Shown here: piece by piece, positions 1-10,812 of the stretch | How positions within the stretch are numbered: position 1 is the stretch's first letter | Layout: every line of letters starts with the position of its first letter | Assembly: GCA_965215565.1 (NCBI GenBank) | Contig: CBDCDZ010000004.1 | Coordinates: forward strand, 832,001-896,000 | Source: Trueperaceae bacterium | GTDB taxonomy: Bacteria > Deinococcota > Deinococci > Deinococcales > Trueperaceae | Direction of reading: 5' to 3' | Length of the DNA stretch: 64,000 nt | Made by a program: the position numbers and the translations under genes | Notes under the pieces: model-generated | Databases searched by the model: none | What the model saw: only the letters and a program-made list of their open reading frames with translations | Told to the model about the DNA's origin: nothing

Positions 1-2
1 CA

Positions 3-116
3 CCGTCGTCAGCGTCAGGCAGCGACGGTCAACAGGGCGGCTACGTCCCGCCGCCCTCGAACCTTGATTTGCTCACCGCCGCCAGAGCACGTAAGCAGGA
101 AGAGGAGGCATCATGA
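3..116 (+). CDS. tnsB: 3' end of probable TnsB transposase (partial)
   Basis: Open frame ...GGYVPPPSNLDLLTAARARKQEEEAS*; its TGA overlaps the tnsC ATG (ATGA); called mainly from position. Confidence 0.55.
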   Translation, partial: PSSASGSDGQQGGYVPPPSNLDLLTAARARKQEEEAS

Positions 117-1339
117 ACGACAACTCAGGCGATTCACCCGAGCGCGACAGGTTACGCCAGCGCTTTCCAACCGCCGACTACCGCGAGCAGGCTGTCCGAA
201 CCTACAACGGTAATCCTTTCATCGAAACCTTGCCAGCCATCCGTTCCGACGAGGATACCGCCGTCATGCTGATGCGCGACCTTGAATACTTCGATGAAGA
301 CCGGGAACAACCCGTGGAGATACGTCAACATCTCCTCGCTCAGGTTCCGGGTTTCTACACGCCGCTGCCTGAGCCTCTCGAACTCGACGAGCGCCTGTCT
401 CGGATGATCCGCATCGGCTACCTGGGCCGCAACCCCGTCGCGCCGAGCTTCCACACCAACTTTCGGAACGGCATTCATAACCTGTCGGTAGGGGTTGTGC
501 GGCGCGTCCCGTGCACCGCTTGGACCTCGGCGACGGGCATGACGCTTATAGGTATCAGCGGCATCGGCAAATCAACGGCTCTCGAGGCGTCGCTCGACCT
601 CTATCCTCAAGTGATACTCCACGATCAGTATCGTGGGCGTGTGCTGATGCGTAACCAGATCGTCTGGCTGAAATTGGAATGTCCCGGCGACAGCTCGATC
701 AGAGGATTATGCATCAACTTCTTCAAAGCTGTTGACGAGCTGCTCGGTACAACGTACGCAAAAGAGTACGTGAAGTGGAACTCGACCGTAGAGACCCTCG
801 TACCAGCTATGGCAACTGTGGCCTACCAGCACATCATCGGCGTCCTCGTCATCGACGAGGTGCAGAACCTCAGCGCCGCGAGTAGCGGTGGCAGAGATAA
901 AATGCTGAACTTTTTTATCCAGCTTGTGAATACGATAGGGCTCCCTGTAGTGTTAGTAGGTACATACCGCGCGATGCCTATCCTAGGTAGACAGTTTCGA
1001 CAAGCCCGGCGCGGTGGGGGGCAGGGTGACTTTATTTGGGACCGCATGGCGTTCGGTCCGAAGTTTCGCCACTTCTGTGGTGACTTGTGGAAGTATCAGT
1101 ACGTCCGAAATCCTACACCGCTCACCGAACCTATGCTCGAAGCGCTGTACGACGAAAGCCAGGGGATCACCGACATCGTCGTCAAACTCTTCATCCTTGC
1201 GCAACACCGCGCTATGCGCACCGGGCGAGAGCGCCTAGAGCCGAACCTGATCGTTTCGGTCGCGATGGATAGCTTGCGGCTCGCACGCCCCATCATACAG
1301 GCGATCAAGCTCGGGGACAGAAGCGCCCTTGATAGACTA

Positions 1340-2157
1340 GGCTCTGTTGACATTCCCGAGGAATGGTTGTTAGAAAAGGGCATGAGCGACGTTAAACTAA
1401 CAGCTAAACAGTGGCGTAAAATCAGAGCGTTCCTAAATGAGAAGCCGCAAGTGTATGTAGGACAGGAGAAACAGTGCCGCAAGTTTATTGAAGGGGTGCT
1501 GTGGATATTGCGTTCAGGTGCACAGTGGCGACTTCTACCTCCTAAGTACGGAAACTGGAACAGTGTATACAAGCGTTTTGACAGGTGGAGCGAAAGGGGC
1601 ATTTGGGAAGCGATGTTCGAGCGCTTTGCCGATGACCCAGACCTGGAGAGCGTGATGATGGACGGCTCAGTGGTGCGGGCTCATGCGTGTTCGGCAGGTG
1701 CGCCACATAAAAAAGGGGTCAACAGATGCAAGACCTCGGCTATAGTCGGGGCGGGTTCAGCAGCAAGATACACGTCTTAGTCGACGGTTTGGGCAATCCG
1801 CTGCGGTTGTTACTCAGCGCTGGACAAAAACACGAAGCACCCTACGCCCAAGCCTTACTCGCAGACTATGAGGTCGCGTTCGTATTCGGTGATAAAGCCT
1901 ACGACGCTGACCCTATCCTTACAACTATTACTGAGATGGACGCGCAAGCAGTCATTCCACCTAAAAGCAACCGCAAAGAGCAACGCGACTACGACAAAGA
2001 ACTATACAAAGAGCGTCACCTCGTGGAGTGCTTTTTCAACAAGCTCAAGCAGTATAGGCGTTGCTTCTCAAGGTTCGACAAATTCGCAAGAAACTACCTC
2101 AGCTTTCTCCACTTCGCCTCTGCTCTCATCTGGTTACGGTGAAATGTCAACACAACC
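1340..2157 (+). mobile_element. IS5-family insertion sequence (IS427-like), 818 bp
   Basis: Terminal IRs GGCTCTGTTGACATT (1340-1354) and AATGTCAACACAACC (2143-2157), 13/15 match; TA duplicated in a CTAG target. Confidence 0.9.
1382..2142 (+). CDS. IS5 transposase, two ORFs joined by a probable -1 programmed frameshift
   Basis: OrfA has WILRSGAQWRLLP and MDGSVVRAH; OrfB has SKIH, GDKAYD, YKERHLVECFFNKLKQYR; slippery AAAAAAGGGG at 1709-1718; OrfB is in the -1 frame. Confidence 0.88.
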
Positions 2158-2560
2158 TAGATGATGTCCTACCTTTCAAGCTCGATGACCTTCTTCTAGC
2201 TCAGAAGAACGGATTTAACGAGACAAAAAGCCTAAAATTCCTGAAGGAGCTAAAGGACAAACCCGGTACGACGAAAGAGGATGAGGGTGTTGGTGCCCAA
2301 GCAGATGCGCCCCACGAACCATCGCCCTCCGAAACAGGGATGCCTCAAGCTACGCCTGAGCAAAGTGCTACCGAAGCGAACGGCGCTGGATCTGGAGCAC
2401 CTTCGGGAAAAAGGGTGAGTAACCAGTCACTAGTGGCGAGAGTGCTCGCCGGACGTAAGGATAAGCGGTCGGGACATAGCGTGCTTAAAACAGGCGGCGT
2501 CGTTCGCGACCTAGGTGCCGAGTTTCTACAACGCCATACGCAACAGCGCTACAGCAACTG

Positions 2561-4477
2561 ATGCTAGGTACGTTCCCAGAGCTTCTGCCCGACGAGCTTC
2601 TCTACAGTGGGTTTGCTAGGCACCAGGCTACGTTCGGTTACTTAGTAGGGACGCTTAAAAAGAGTCTCTTCAGCACCGTAAACGTTACGGCCACGATTGA
2701 TCTACCTGGGCATCTCGGGGCGTTCGTGTCGCGGTTACCTTCGGCAGATGTGTACTCAGTGGACTACCTGATTCGCAACCACACCATGCTCCCTTACTAT
2801 GAGCCTTTCGTCCCTGCCTCTCGCGCTTCGCTAGCGCGAGAGGCTATGTGCAGCAACCGGATTCGAGGCGTGCATTTTTACCTCAACGCGACACATAGTA
2901 CGCTCCCTAACCCACCTTTTCTTCGGTTCTGCAAGCTGTGTGCCGAAGAAAACCAGCGTGCGTATGGCGTCGCCTACTGGCACCGGACTCATCAAGCGCC
3001 GGGCGTCCTGATGTGTCCCACTCATAAGACTGGACTCGTCAACAGTTCAATTGAGCGGAGTCTTCGCAAAGAGCGGGGGAGGTACTACATGCTGTCCAAC
3101 GAAGTCATGGCAGCCAGCAGCGCCATCTCCGTACCAGAAAGCGAAGAAAGACATCTTCTACAAATCGCCGCAAACACCTCGTTCACCTTAAATGAGAGCG
3201 CAGTCGTCGGAGATTTGCAAAGGTTGCACGAACGTTACCGCTACTTTTTGAACCTTCGAGGCTGGATCGGTAAGTCCGGGCGTATACAGGCACAGGGTCT
3301 GGAAGAAGCCTTCGTTGAGTTCTACAGCGAAGCGTTCCTGGAGGCTCTCAAAACACCTGTGCTCAACGCGGGAACAGGTGACTCTTGGGTCGCGCGTTTG
3401 TTCCAGCTACCGGACCGGGCACATCCGCCTTTGCGTCACTTTCTCGCTATGGGCTTCCTCGGTTACTCAGCAGCAGAGGTTTACACGGGACTCCGCGAGG
3501 TGGGCAAAGAAGACGCAGACTCGGAAGAAATCCCTTCGGGTATGAGGGGCGCAGTATACTCGTCACCTTGCCGCAATCCCTTCTGCGACCGCTATGACAA
3601 AGAGAAGGTGCGGGCGACTAACGCTCCTGAGGGTGCTCCTCGTAAGGTTACCGTTAAGTGCCCTGAGTGCGGCTTCGCTTATGATTTTGACGCCAACTGC
3701 CCGAGAATCTACGCCATCCGCAACGTCGGACCACGATGGGAAGCGCACGTACGTCAGATGATTGCCGAAGGCGACAGGACGAAGTGCCAGATAGCGGAAG
3801 CTGCTGAAATCAGTCCAGACACATTTGACCGAGTTCTGGCGAGGTCCAATGTTGCTACTCCAGATTGGGCGGGTCCTAACAAGGGCGTGCCCTGGTCGGA
3901 TGAGGCGCGGCAGTGACGGCTCGAAAGAAGACAACAGGATTGTCGCGCCGAGTTCCTAGAAATGCGAAAAGCTCACCCCACCTACGGACGCAATGCCCTT
4001 AGGCAAGCTATTCCGAACGCTTATGTGTGGCTGATAAGGCATGACCGTGCTTGGTACGAGGTTCACGCGCCATCAAAGAAATACGTGAATAGTAACAACT
4101 ATGATTGGGGCGCTATTGACGAGGAGTTTGCTAAGCGCGTGCCTAAAATTGTTGAAGAGTTGAGGATGGAGCCCGGCTTTCCGAGGAAAATAACGCGGGC
4201 TGCGATTCGGACCAAGCTCAATCCCACTATTTATGCTCACCGACCTCGAGAAAAGTTGCCCAAAACCTGGGCGGCGGCTACCGCCGCAAGGGAAAGTAGG
4301 GAGGAGTGGCACTCGAGAAGGTGCGCCTGGGTTGCCGACCAATACATCCTGGAGGGTGTTGTTCCTACGCTTCGAGAATTCGTAGAGCGTGCAGCTTTGA
4401 AGAACGTGAGGAGTGCACGACTCTTCTCGGATGTCGATGCATACCTCCGACTTATCAAGTTGAAGGTTGCCTCTTAA
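2561..4477 (+). pseudogene. tnsD: TnsD/TniQ target-selection protein with an in-frame TGA at 3914-3916 (638 codons if read through)
   Basis: N-terminal PDELLYS; zinc ligands CKLC...WHRTHQ...CPTH and CRNPFC...CPECG; ORFs 2561-3916 and 3962-4477 share a frame; C-part has YVWLIRHDRAW. Confidence 0.85.
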
Positions 4478-4510
4478 TTCATACCGAAGATACTCATGAA
4501 AGTGATAAAC

Positions 4511-4651
4511 TTGTATCGGACTTTATTGCATCAAGAGAGGGTCCAATCAGAGCTGGTAGGTGTTTTTGTATCGAACTTTTACTACAACTGGTGATCGAGA
4601 AAGGCCCGTTATATGCTTCCAATTTATATCGGACTTTATTCCCTTGCTACA
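4511..4651 (-). repeat. Tn7-like transposon end with three spaced TnsB-binding repeats
   Basis: TTGTATCGGACTTTATTG (4511-4528), TTGTATCGAACTTTTACT (4566-4583), TTATATCGGACTTTATTC (4624-4641); the minus strand begins TGTAGCAAGGGAATAAAGTC. Confidence 0.85.
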
Positions 4652-4726
4652 CTTCGGATTTGATGACGGGAGTCTTTGTTGAAGATTGTCAGTAGAACAT
4701 CATATATTGAGTAGGACTCCCGTCAG

Positions 4727-4759
4727 GTCGCACTAGCGGTGATTTACCGCTAGTGCGAC
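4727..4759. other. Perfect 14-bp hairpin (terminator-like or recombination site)
   Basis: GTCGCACTAGCGGT-GATTT-ACCGCTAGTGCGAC followed by T-rich sequence. Confidence 0.6.
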
Positions 4760-4814
4760 TAAGTTTTGAGTTTCTTGGTAGGCTTGCTTCGTGAGACCAG
4801 CGTATAGAAATTAG

Positions 4815-5813
4815 TCAGTCATCACTTATACCTGCCCTTATCTCGATCGAGAGGTTACGGAAATTTGGGACGGTCTTACGCCTTGCATTTTCGTAAACTC
4901 ATATCTTCGCGATAAAAGTCAGCTCTCTTTATGGGAACCTAGTTCAGTTAAGACCAAAGCCTACCGTCTTCTTGCCTTTGTCCGATGGCTTGAGAACTCG
5001 GAACGCTCGTTCTGGGACCAAGATGCTCGACTTGGAGGCGAAGCCATATTAGCTTTTCGGGCAACGTTGCTCCAAAAAGTTAAGGCGAGAAATCGAAGTA
5101 CAACATCATCGCTCACTATGGTGACTGCGCGAGAAATTATGGGCGAGGTGCTTGGGCTCTGCAGGTACTGGAGGGGGTCAGGAGAGCGGATACGCGGTGA
5201 CGAATTGAAGGTTGGTGTCGAAGAAAGCCAAAAGAGCAAGCGCCCTGCCGCTTTTGAAATCAGGATTAGGAACCGGTCTGAGAAGGGAAAAGAATCGCTA
5301 CACCCTGAAGAGATTGACGCCGTCTGGGATTACTTTTTGATAGAGCGTCGGCTACCCCGCCGTTGCCCACCTGATGTGTCCAAGGAACGCTGGCAGACAC
5401 AGACCGCGTTGTGGGCACGTGAGTGCATGGTTTGGGCGCTGTTTATGTGTACCGGTTTGCGGCGGGGCGAAGCACCCGCGATAATGCTGGAGGACGTCAG
5501 GCATGAAGCGAAAGCAGGGTGGTGGGTACATCTAATCGATCCTAGAGAGACCCAGACAGTTGATGCGCGACGACAGAAGATTTTTGACGCTGGCGCTGCA
5601 CTGAAGACCGGCTCACGTGACATGATCGTGTGGTTTGAAGAGCGCTTCAACCAGGTCTATCAACGATGGGTTCAGTGGCGTCCGCTTCTCGTCGCGAAAA
5701 CGGGACGACCCGATCACGGAATGCTGCTTGTATCCGGTCAGGGGCGAGGTAGAAGTATTGGGGATCCATTCACTTATCAGGGTGCAAAGTCGATATTTGC
5801 AAGCATCAATAAT
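4815..5813 (+). pseudogene. Tyrosine recombinase/integrase, C-terminally truncated by IS
   Basis: Frame open from 4815; KTKAYRLLAFVRWL core-binding-like segment, TGLRRGE catalytic Arg motif, LKTG; no HxxR or catalytic Tyr before the IS end. Confidence 0.75.
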
Positions 5814-6839
5814 AGACCTGTTCCCCAATAGTCTCATTGAAGCCAGAAGTTCCATAGACCAGCAGCAATGACTAGCACATCATCTTCGAAGTCATCTTTA
5901 CGGTTGCGGTAAGGGGCAACGAGGATTTGATAGCGCTTGAGACCACCTATCGCATGTTCGATAAAGACTCTGAGCTTAGCTAGGGCGCGGTTTTCTCGCT
6001 TTTGTTCAGGGCTCAGTTGGGGGTTAGGGTTCTTCTTACTCTTGCGCGGTTTCTTGTGAGGGATAGAGATATGCTCGCCCTGATAGTCGCTCTGGACACC
6101 CTGGTAACCTAGGTCAAGTAGAACCTCTGTACCGACAAACCACGCTTGCTCAGGCGGGAACTCGCTTTTGAACATGGTCTAGTCGTGCGTTTTACCTGCA
6201 AAGGTCTGACCGACGAAAAGGATAGCTTTGCTCGCTGACGACAACAGCGTGTTCTTCAGAGTGTGGCGCTTTTTTTACCACTATAGTGCTCGCGCTGTTT
6301 CTCATCGTCGCTCGGACGCTGGCACAGACGCTCGGTGACATCAACGAGTAGCTGGTCTATATCGGCTTCTGCTAATGCCGCTTTGAACGCTTCAGCGTTA
6401 GCAAACTCGCGCTCAGGCAACACGCCTAGCTCCGCTAAGGTCTTGTGTAGCAAAGGCGTCAGCTTATGCACGTTCTCACAGGCTTTCGAACGCGCCATAT
6501 AGAACGGGCAAAGCCCGGCCCGTTGGGCCTAGTTCATCAAAGTGCGTCCCCAACACGTCAAACGTCGGGTAGTTCTTGAAGTAGTAAAGCACAAAAAACA
6601 GCTTCGCCTCAGCGCTAGGCAGCTTGCCTTTCTGTCCCCCGCCCGGCCTACGCTGCTTGCGTCCTTGTTCATAAGCCTGTTACCGCTCAGCCTGAGATAT
6701 CTTCGCAAACACTGCTGCCAAAGCAGCAAACTTCTCTTTCGACATCCCTATCAGCGCTTTGAGTTGCCGTTCATCTCTTACCTTCCCTAGCATCGCTTCA
6801 GCTTAGCAGCTTTTTCCTCTATTAGGGAACGGGTCTATT
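5811..6839 (-). mobile_element. Degenerate IS (IS5/ISL2-like, DDE endonuclease type)
   Basis: IRs AATAGACCTGTTCCCCAATAG (5811-5831) and CTATTAGGGAACGGGTCTATT (6819-6839), 19/21 match. Confidence 0.85.
5834..6793 (-). pseudogene. DDE transposase pseudogene
   Basis: Motifs YFKNYPTFDVLG, YSGKK(K)RHTLK, DLGYQG, RVFIEHAIGGLKRY; stops at 6680-6682 and 6179-6181; insertion near 6500-6537; A7 shift site at 6270-6276. Confidence 0.85.
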
Positions 6840-7800
6840 CACTTAACATGTACTTTTCGTGACCTAACACAAGGTGTCCAATCTCATGCGCAAGGGTGAA
6901 GCGGACACGTTCCAGTTGTTGTCTATCAGTTCGAAATATAGTGATACGGGGTGGAGTGAATGATAGCGAGCCGAGAGCATCGCCTCTATGCGAGAGATTT
7001 ATACCAGTCTCTACGATAAGACCTCGCTCTCGCTGCTGCCATTCGCAAATTTGGTATAAATCAACCATTCCATATCGGTAGCTTATTCGATGTAGAGACG
7101 AAGTAGCTAACTCCTCAATTTCCTCTTTCGGTCTGTACTTAACAACTCCTAGACTCTTCCTCTTAGGATTACCTAGCACTGCAATGTTACGAACGCTTAA
7201 ACTAGAATTACCGCCTAAAAATAGTTGCTCAAACATGTCATTGACAGAGTGGCTATAAGTTTCTCGAGCGACACAGCAGATATCAAAATATTTGCTGATA
7301 AAAGCTTCTTCACTAAGTGCTGACTGCAAGCTTAATGAAGTTTGGAGGTAGGAATGCGCAAAAGTTGAAGGTGGTCTAGGGAGAATGTACTTGAAATAGC
7401 GATTGTCAAACTTTCTCAATAAACCAAGACCATTCGATTTTGCATATTTTATGGCACCTTCTTGAAAAGCACTTTTAGAAGCAAATACTCCCTTAACATT
7501 CGCCCCAGAAACTTGCCGCACTTTCTCTCGAAACTCTTCGATATCATCTACAGGAATAGTACCTGAATAGTTCTTACATTCGATAAGCACAACAATAGAG
7601 TAGCTAGGCATACCAGGCAAGGTAATTTCAATAGAAACGTCGAATTTTATTTCCTTATCACGGTCTCTGGAATAATAACCTTTCTGGCGAAATATCTGAC
7701 AGAACTCTTTCCGAGCCCAAAATCTATCTTCCTCAATTTGAATACGAAAAAGCTGGTAGATTTCTTCTTCAAAGCCATCACCTTTTTCGAATGTGTTCAT
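6835..7800 (-). pseudogene. Mrr-like PD-(D/E)xK restriction endonuclease fused to an ImmA/IrrE-type metallopeptidase, truncated by IS
   Basis: KGDGFEE, FDVS, IECKNY, FQEGA; C-terminal RFTLAHEIGH; the stop codon comes from the IS IR; visibly AT-rich. Confidence 0.75.
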
Positions 7801-7854
7801 TACTTAACACTCAATATAGCGCTTAGCACGCCAACGTACAAACTGATAGCTCTT

Positions 7855-9006
7855 CTAAAACTCGCTCAACTCCCGCACGGCAGGCAGCGCCGTGGCCCCC
7901 TCAAACGCATTTACCTCTTCGATAAACCTCTTAAACGAATACGAAGCGTCGTGCGGTCCGGGGCTCGCCTCGGGGTGGTACTGCACGCTGAAAACAGGGT
8001 AGCGAACGTGCGCCATGCCTTCCAAGGTGCCGTCATTCAAGTTGATGTGCGTCGCGCGAAACTGCTGACCGGGGATGGAATCAATGTCCACCGCGTAGTT
8101 ATGGTTTTGCGAGGTGATTTCGACCTCTCCCGTGACAAGGTTTTTGACGGGCGTATTCGCGCCGTGATGCCCGTGCTTGAGTTTGTAGGTCTTGCCGCCT
8201 ACCGCTAAACCTAAGAGTTGGTGTCCCATGCAAATCCCGTAGGTAGGCAGAAGCCCCAGCATCTGCCAGACGGTGTCATGCGCGTATTTAGGGCCGTTCG
8301 GGTCACCGGGACCGTTGGCGATAACGAGGCCATAGGGGTTCAAGGCCATAATCTGCGCGGGCGTGGTTTGCGCGGGCACGACGATGACTTCGGCTCCGGC
8401 TTGCTCGAGCTTGTACACAATCGAGTGCTTGATACCGAAGTCGATGACCGCGACGCGGGGGTTGTCCTTGAAGGTCGGGCGGGCGTACGGAAGAGGTGTG
8501 GTGACCTCTGGGGTCATGTCGCGCCCGTCGATGTCCTCGTGGTCTTTCGCCCGCTGCACCAGTTCAGCGCGGCGCGCCTCGTCCGTCTCGCCATGATAGA
8601 TGATGCCCTTGACGACGCCGCCTTCGCGCAGCCGCCGCGTCAGGGCGCGCGTGTCCACCCCTTCGATGCCCACGATTTTGTGTTCGTCCATAAAGCTCTG
8701 CAAATCCTGATTCGAGCGGTGGTTGCTTGCGACGCGGGAGTATTCGCGGACGATAAACCCTTTTGCAAAGGGACGGTTCGACTCCATGTCGTAGACCGAC
8801 ACACCATAGTTGCCGATGTGCGGGTAGGTCATGGTGACGATCTGCCCGTGGTAACTCGGATCGGTCAGGATTTCCTGGTAGCCCGTCATGGCGGTGTTGA
8901 AGACGATCTCGCCCACCGTCTCGCCGTGATAGCCAAAGGCGTAGCCGGGGTAGAGGGTGCCGTCCTCGAGGGCTAAAAGTGCCGGGGGTTTGTTCAAGAG
9001 GGACAT
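7855..9006 (-). CDS. carA: Carbamoyl-phosphate synthase small subunit
   Basis: [37 protein letters not shown]; start placed at ATG 9006. Confidence 0.97.
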   Translation of the reverse strand: MSLLNKPPALLALEDGTLYPGYAFGYHGETVGEIVFNTAMTGYQEILTDPSYHGQIVTMTYPHIGNYGVSVYDMESNRPFAKGFIVREYSRVASNHRSNQDLQSFMDEHKIVGIEGVDTRALTRRLREGGVVKGIIYHGETDEARRAELVQRAKDHEDIDGRDMTPEVTTPLPYARPTFKDNPRVAVIDFGIKHSIVYKLEQAGAEVIVVPAQTTPAQIMALNPYGLVIANGPGDPNGPKYAHDTVWQMLGLLPTYGICMGHQLLGLAVGGKTYKLKHGHHGANTPVKNLVTGEVEITSQNHNYAVDIDSIPGQQFRATHINLNDGTLEGMAHVRYPVFSVQYHPEASPGPHDASYSFKRFIEEVNAFEGATALPAVRELSEF

Positions 9007-9075
9007 GCGTGAGTGTAGCAAGAAAAAGCGGGTCAATCTGTTAGGAGAGGTTGAGGAGTTGTTATGCTTGGCGTC

Positions 9076-9285
9076 ATGGCAACGCTTCACCTTATTTGCG
9101 GTCTCCCCTGCTCAGGCAAAACGACCTATGCGAAAAAGCTCGAGCCCCGAGTCTCCGCCCTGCGCCTCACGCCTGATGAGTGGCACGTCGCCCTGTTTGG
9201 TCACGACGTTTTAGAGGAGGAGAGCGGCGCGAGACATGACCTCTCGAGCTTCGCCCCGCGCCTTGTACTCACCAATTTAGGTTAA
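9076..9285 (+). pseudogene. Truncated AAA/P-loop kinase
   Basis: [11 protein letters not shown]alker A and TPDEW, but only about 70 aa. Confidence 0.6.
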
Positions 9286-9375
9286 AATACGTTTATTCTG
9301 TGCTAGCACTCACCTCATGAGGCTCATCTAAAGTGCTTCTCGCTAGTCCTGCACGTTTAACCCTAAGGAGTCTCC

Positions 9376-10158
9376 ATGCGTCTACTGCTCTTCCTGACCT
9401 TATTCATCTTGAATATCGGCTTTGCGCAGTACGAGGACTACGGCAGCGTCTACCGGGGCGACGAGGGCGTCCGCGTCGCGCTGCTGCCCAGCGAGGACGG
9501 CGAAAGCGCACTGATAAGGCTCGAGCGCACCGGCTCGCTCTTAGATGGGCTCGTGTTGTCCGCTGCCTACGACGCCCAGAGCGAGCAGGTCACGCTTGAC
9601 TATCAGGGGCGGGACTGGCCGCTCATCGGCAACGACGGCTACGGCGGCTCGGTGCTGCGCGTCCCCGGTCAGCGGGAAGAATCCCTCTTCTACGACGAAG
9701 AGGCGTCGGAGGGTCTCAACGTCGCCGAGTTCGTGCGCGACGCCGAACGCGACCGCGCCGACGCCGAGTCCGCTACCGCGTTTAGCCGCGAGGACGAGGA
9801 GGCGCGGGTGCTGGCGAGCCTAGAGCCGTCCCTTACAGGTGTTGCTGAGGCGTGCGGCTACAGACCCGCCATGAGCATCGCTTGGGACACGGTCTCGGAC
9901 GCGGCGCTGGCGAACACCAGCATCTATTCGTTCGCCACGATACCCCTAGACGCGATGACGCGGATATGCAACGAGGACGCGGCGCTCGCAGCGCAGCTCG
10001 CAGAGGACGTGTCGGGCGTGGTGTACGCGCTCGGCGGGGCGATGACCCTCGCCGTCAACGACAGCGTGCTCATGTGGCGCAACACCCCGGAGGCAGCGAA
10101 TCAGGAGACGTTCGCTTACGACACGCTGCTCAACGCCCTGCGCACCGCCTCGCCTTGA
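9376..10158 (+). CDS. Secreted hypothetical protein
   Basis: RBS AAGGAG, N-terminal signal-like peptide, acidic 260-aa ORF. Confidence 0.75.
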   Translation: MRLLLFLTLFILNIGFAQYEDYGSVYRGDEGVRVALLPSEDGESALIRLERTGSLLDGLVLSAAYDAQSEQVTLDYQGRDWPLIGNDGYGGSVLRVPGQREESLFYDEEASEGLNVAEFVRDAERDRADAESATAFSREDEEARVLASLEPSLTGVAEACGYRPAMSIAWDTVSDAALANTSIYSFATIPLDAMTRICNEDAALAAQLAEDVSGVVYALGGAMTLAVNDSVLMWRNTPEAANQETFAYDTLLNALRTASP

Positions 10159-10221
10159 GGTTAGTATGAGGAGCGGACCCGCTAGGGCTTGCAAGTGGCG
10201 CGGTAGCCGACGCGATGCTGA

Positions 10222-10812
10222 GTGAGGTACGAGGTGTCTTACACCGGCGTCCTTGAAGAGGTCGCGCACCTCGTCGAACGCGCCTGCGCCGCGCCCGCCA
10301 ACATCTTCGGCTACGGCATCTGGACGCATCACATCCGAGAGGTCGTGCGTTTGGGCCGAGACTTAGCGGGGGAGTTCGGCGCAGATGAAGAGGTGGTGGA
10401 ACTCGCCGCGCTCCTACACGACTACGCGAGCGTCAAAGATGAGCGGCTCTACGCGGCGCACCATATTCATGGACCGCTCGAGGCTGAAAAAGTCTTAACC
10501 TCTTTAGGCTATCCAGCGAAGAAAATAGACGCGGTGAAAACTTGTATTGCTGAACACCGGGGTAGCGTCAAGAGCGAAAGAAGTACGCCCGAAGCGCGGT
10601 GCTTAGCCTCGGCGGACGCGCTGGCGCACATCCAGAACGTGCCGTCACTGCTTTATTTTGCTTATGTCTACAAGAGGTTAGGAATCGACGAGGGCGCAAT
10701 TTGGGTGAAAGAAAAACTCGAGCGGAGTTGGGAGAAGTTGGAGCCCCACCTCCAAGAGAGGTCAAAAGAGCAGTGCGAAGCGGCGCTCGAGGTGCTCGGC
10801 TCACTTGGATAG
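10222..10812 (+). CDS. HD-domain phosphohydrolase
   Basis: H...AALLHD...ADA motif pattern. Confidence 0.85.
   Translation: MRYEVSYTGVLEEVAHLVERACAAPANIFGYGIWTHHIREVVRLGRDLAGEFGADEEVVELAALLHDYASVKDERLYAAHHIHGPLEAEKVLTSLGYPAKKIDAVKTCIAEHRGSVKSERSTPEARCLASADALAHIQNVPSLLYFAYVYKRLGIDEGAIWVKEKLERSWEKLEPHLQERSKEQCEAALEVLGSLG

Larger units (their letters stand above)
113..2561 (+). pseudogene. tnsC: TnsC AAA+ ATPase interrupted by IS5 (reconstructs to 542 aa)
   Basis: GNPFIETLP, Walker A GISGIGKS, Walker B VLVIDEVQNL; joining 113-1339 to 2160-2561 gives a continuous frame ...LDRL|DDVLPF... Confidence 0.9.
1..4651 (+). mobile_element. Tn7-like transposon, distal part (tnsB tail-tnsC-tnsD-end); other end outside the window; inactivated
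   Basis: tnsC and tnsD/tniQ in Tn7 order, followed by three TnsB-type repeats and a terminal ACA at 4649-4651. Confidence 0.88.

Noticed and set aside
113..1780. The 555-aa ORF as a novel natural ATPase-transposase gene
   Set aside because: IRs and the TA duplication show it is an IS5 insertion into tnsC
4511..4641. Regularly spaced repeats resembling a mini CRISPR array (CAST-like)
   Set aside because: The repeats are only about 18 bp, match TnsB-site and terminal TGT geometry, and no cas genes are in the window
7801..7900. carA 3' end as the Tn7 attachment site
   Set aside because: The transposon end is at 4651, 3.2 kb away, and no TGT/ACA end or TnsB repeats are seen near carA; it may still be the island border
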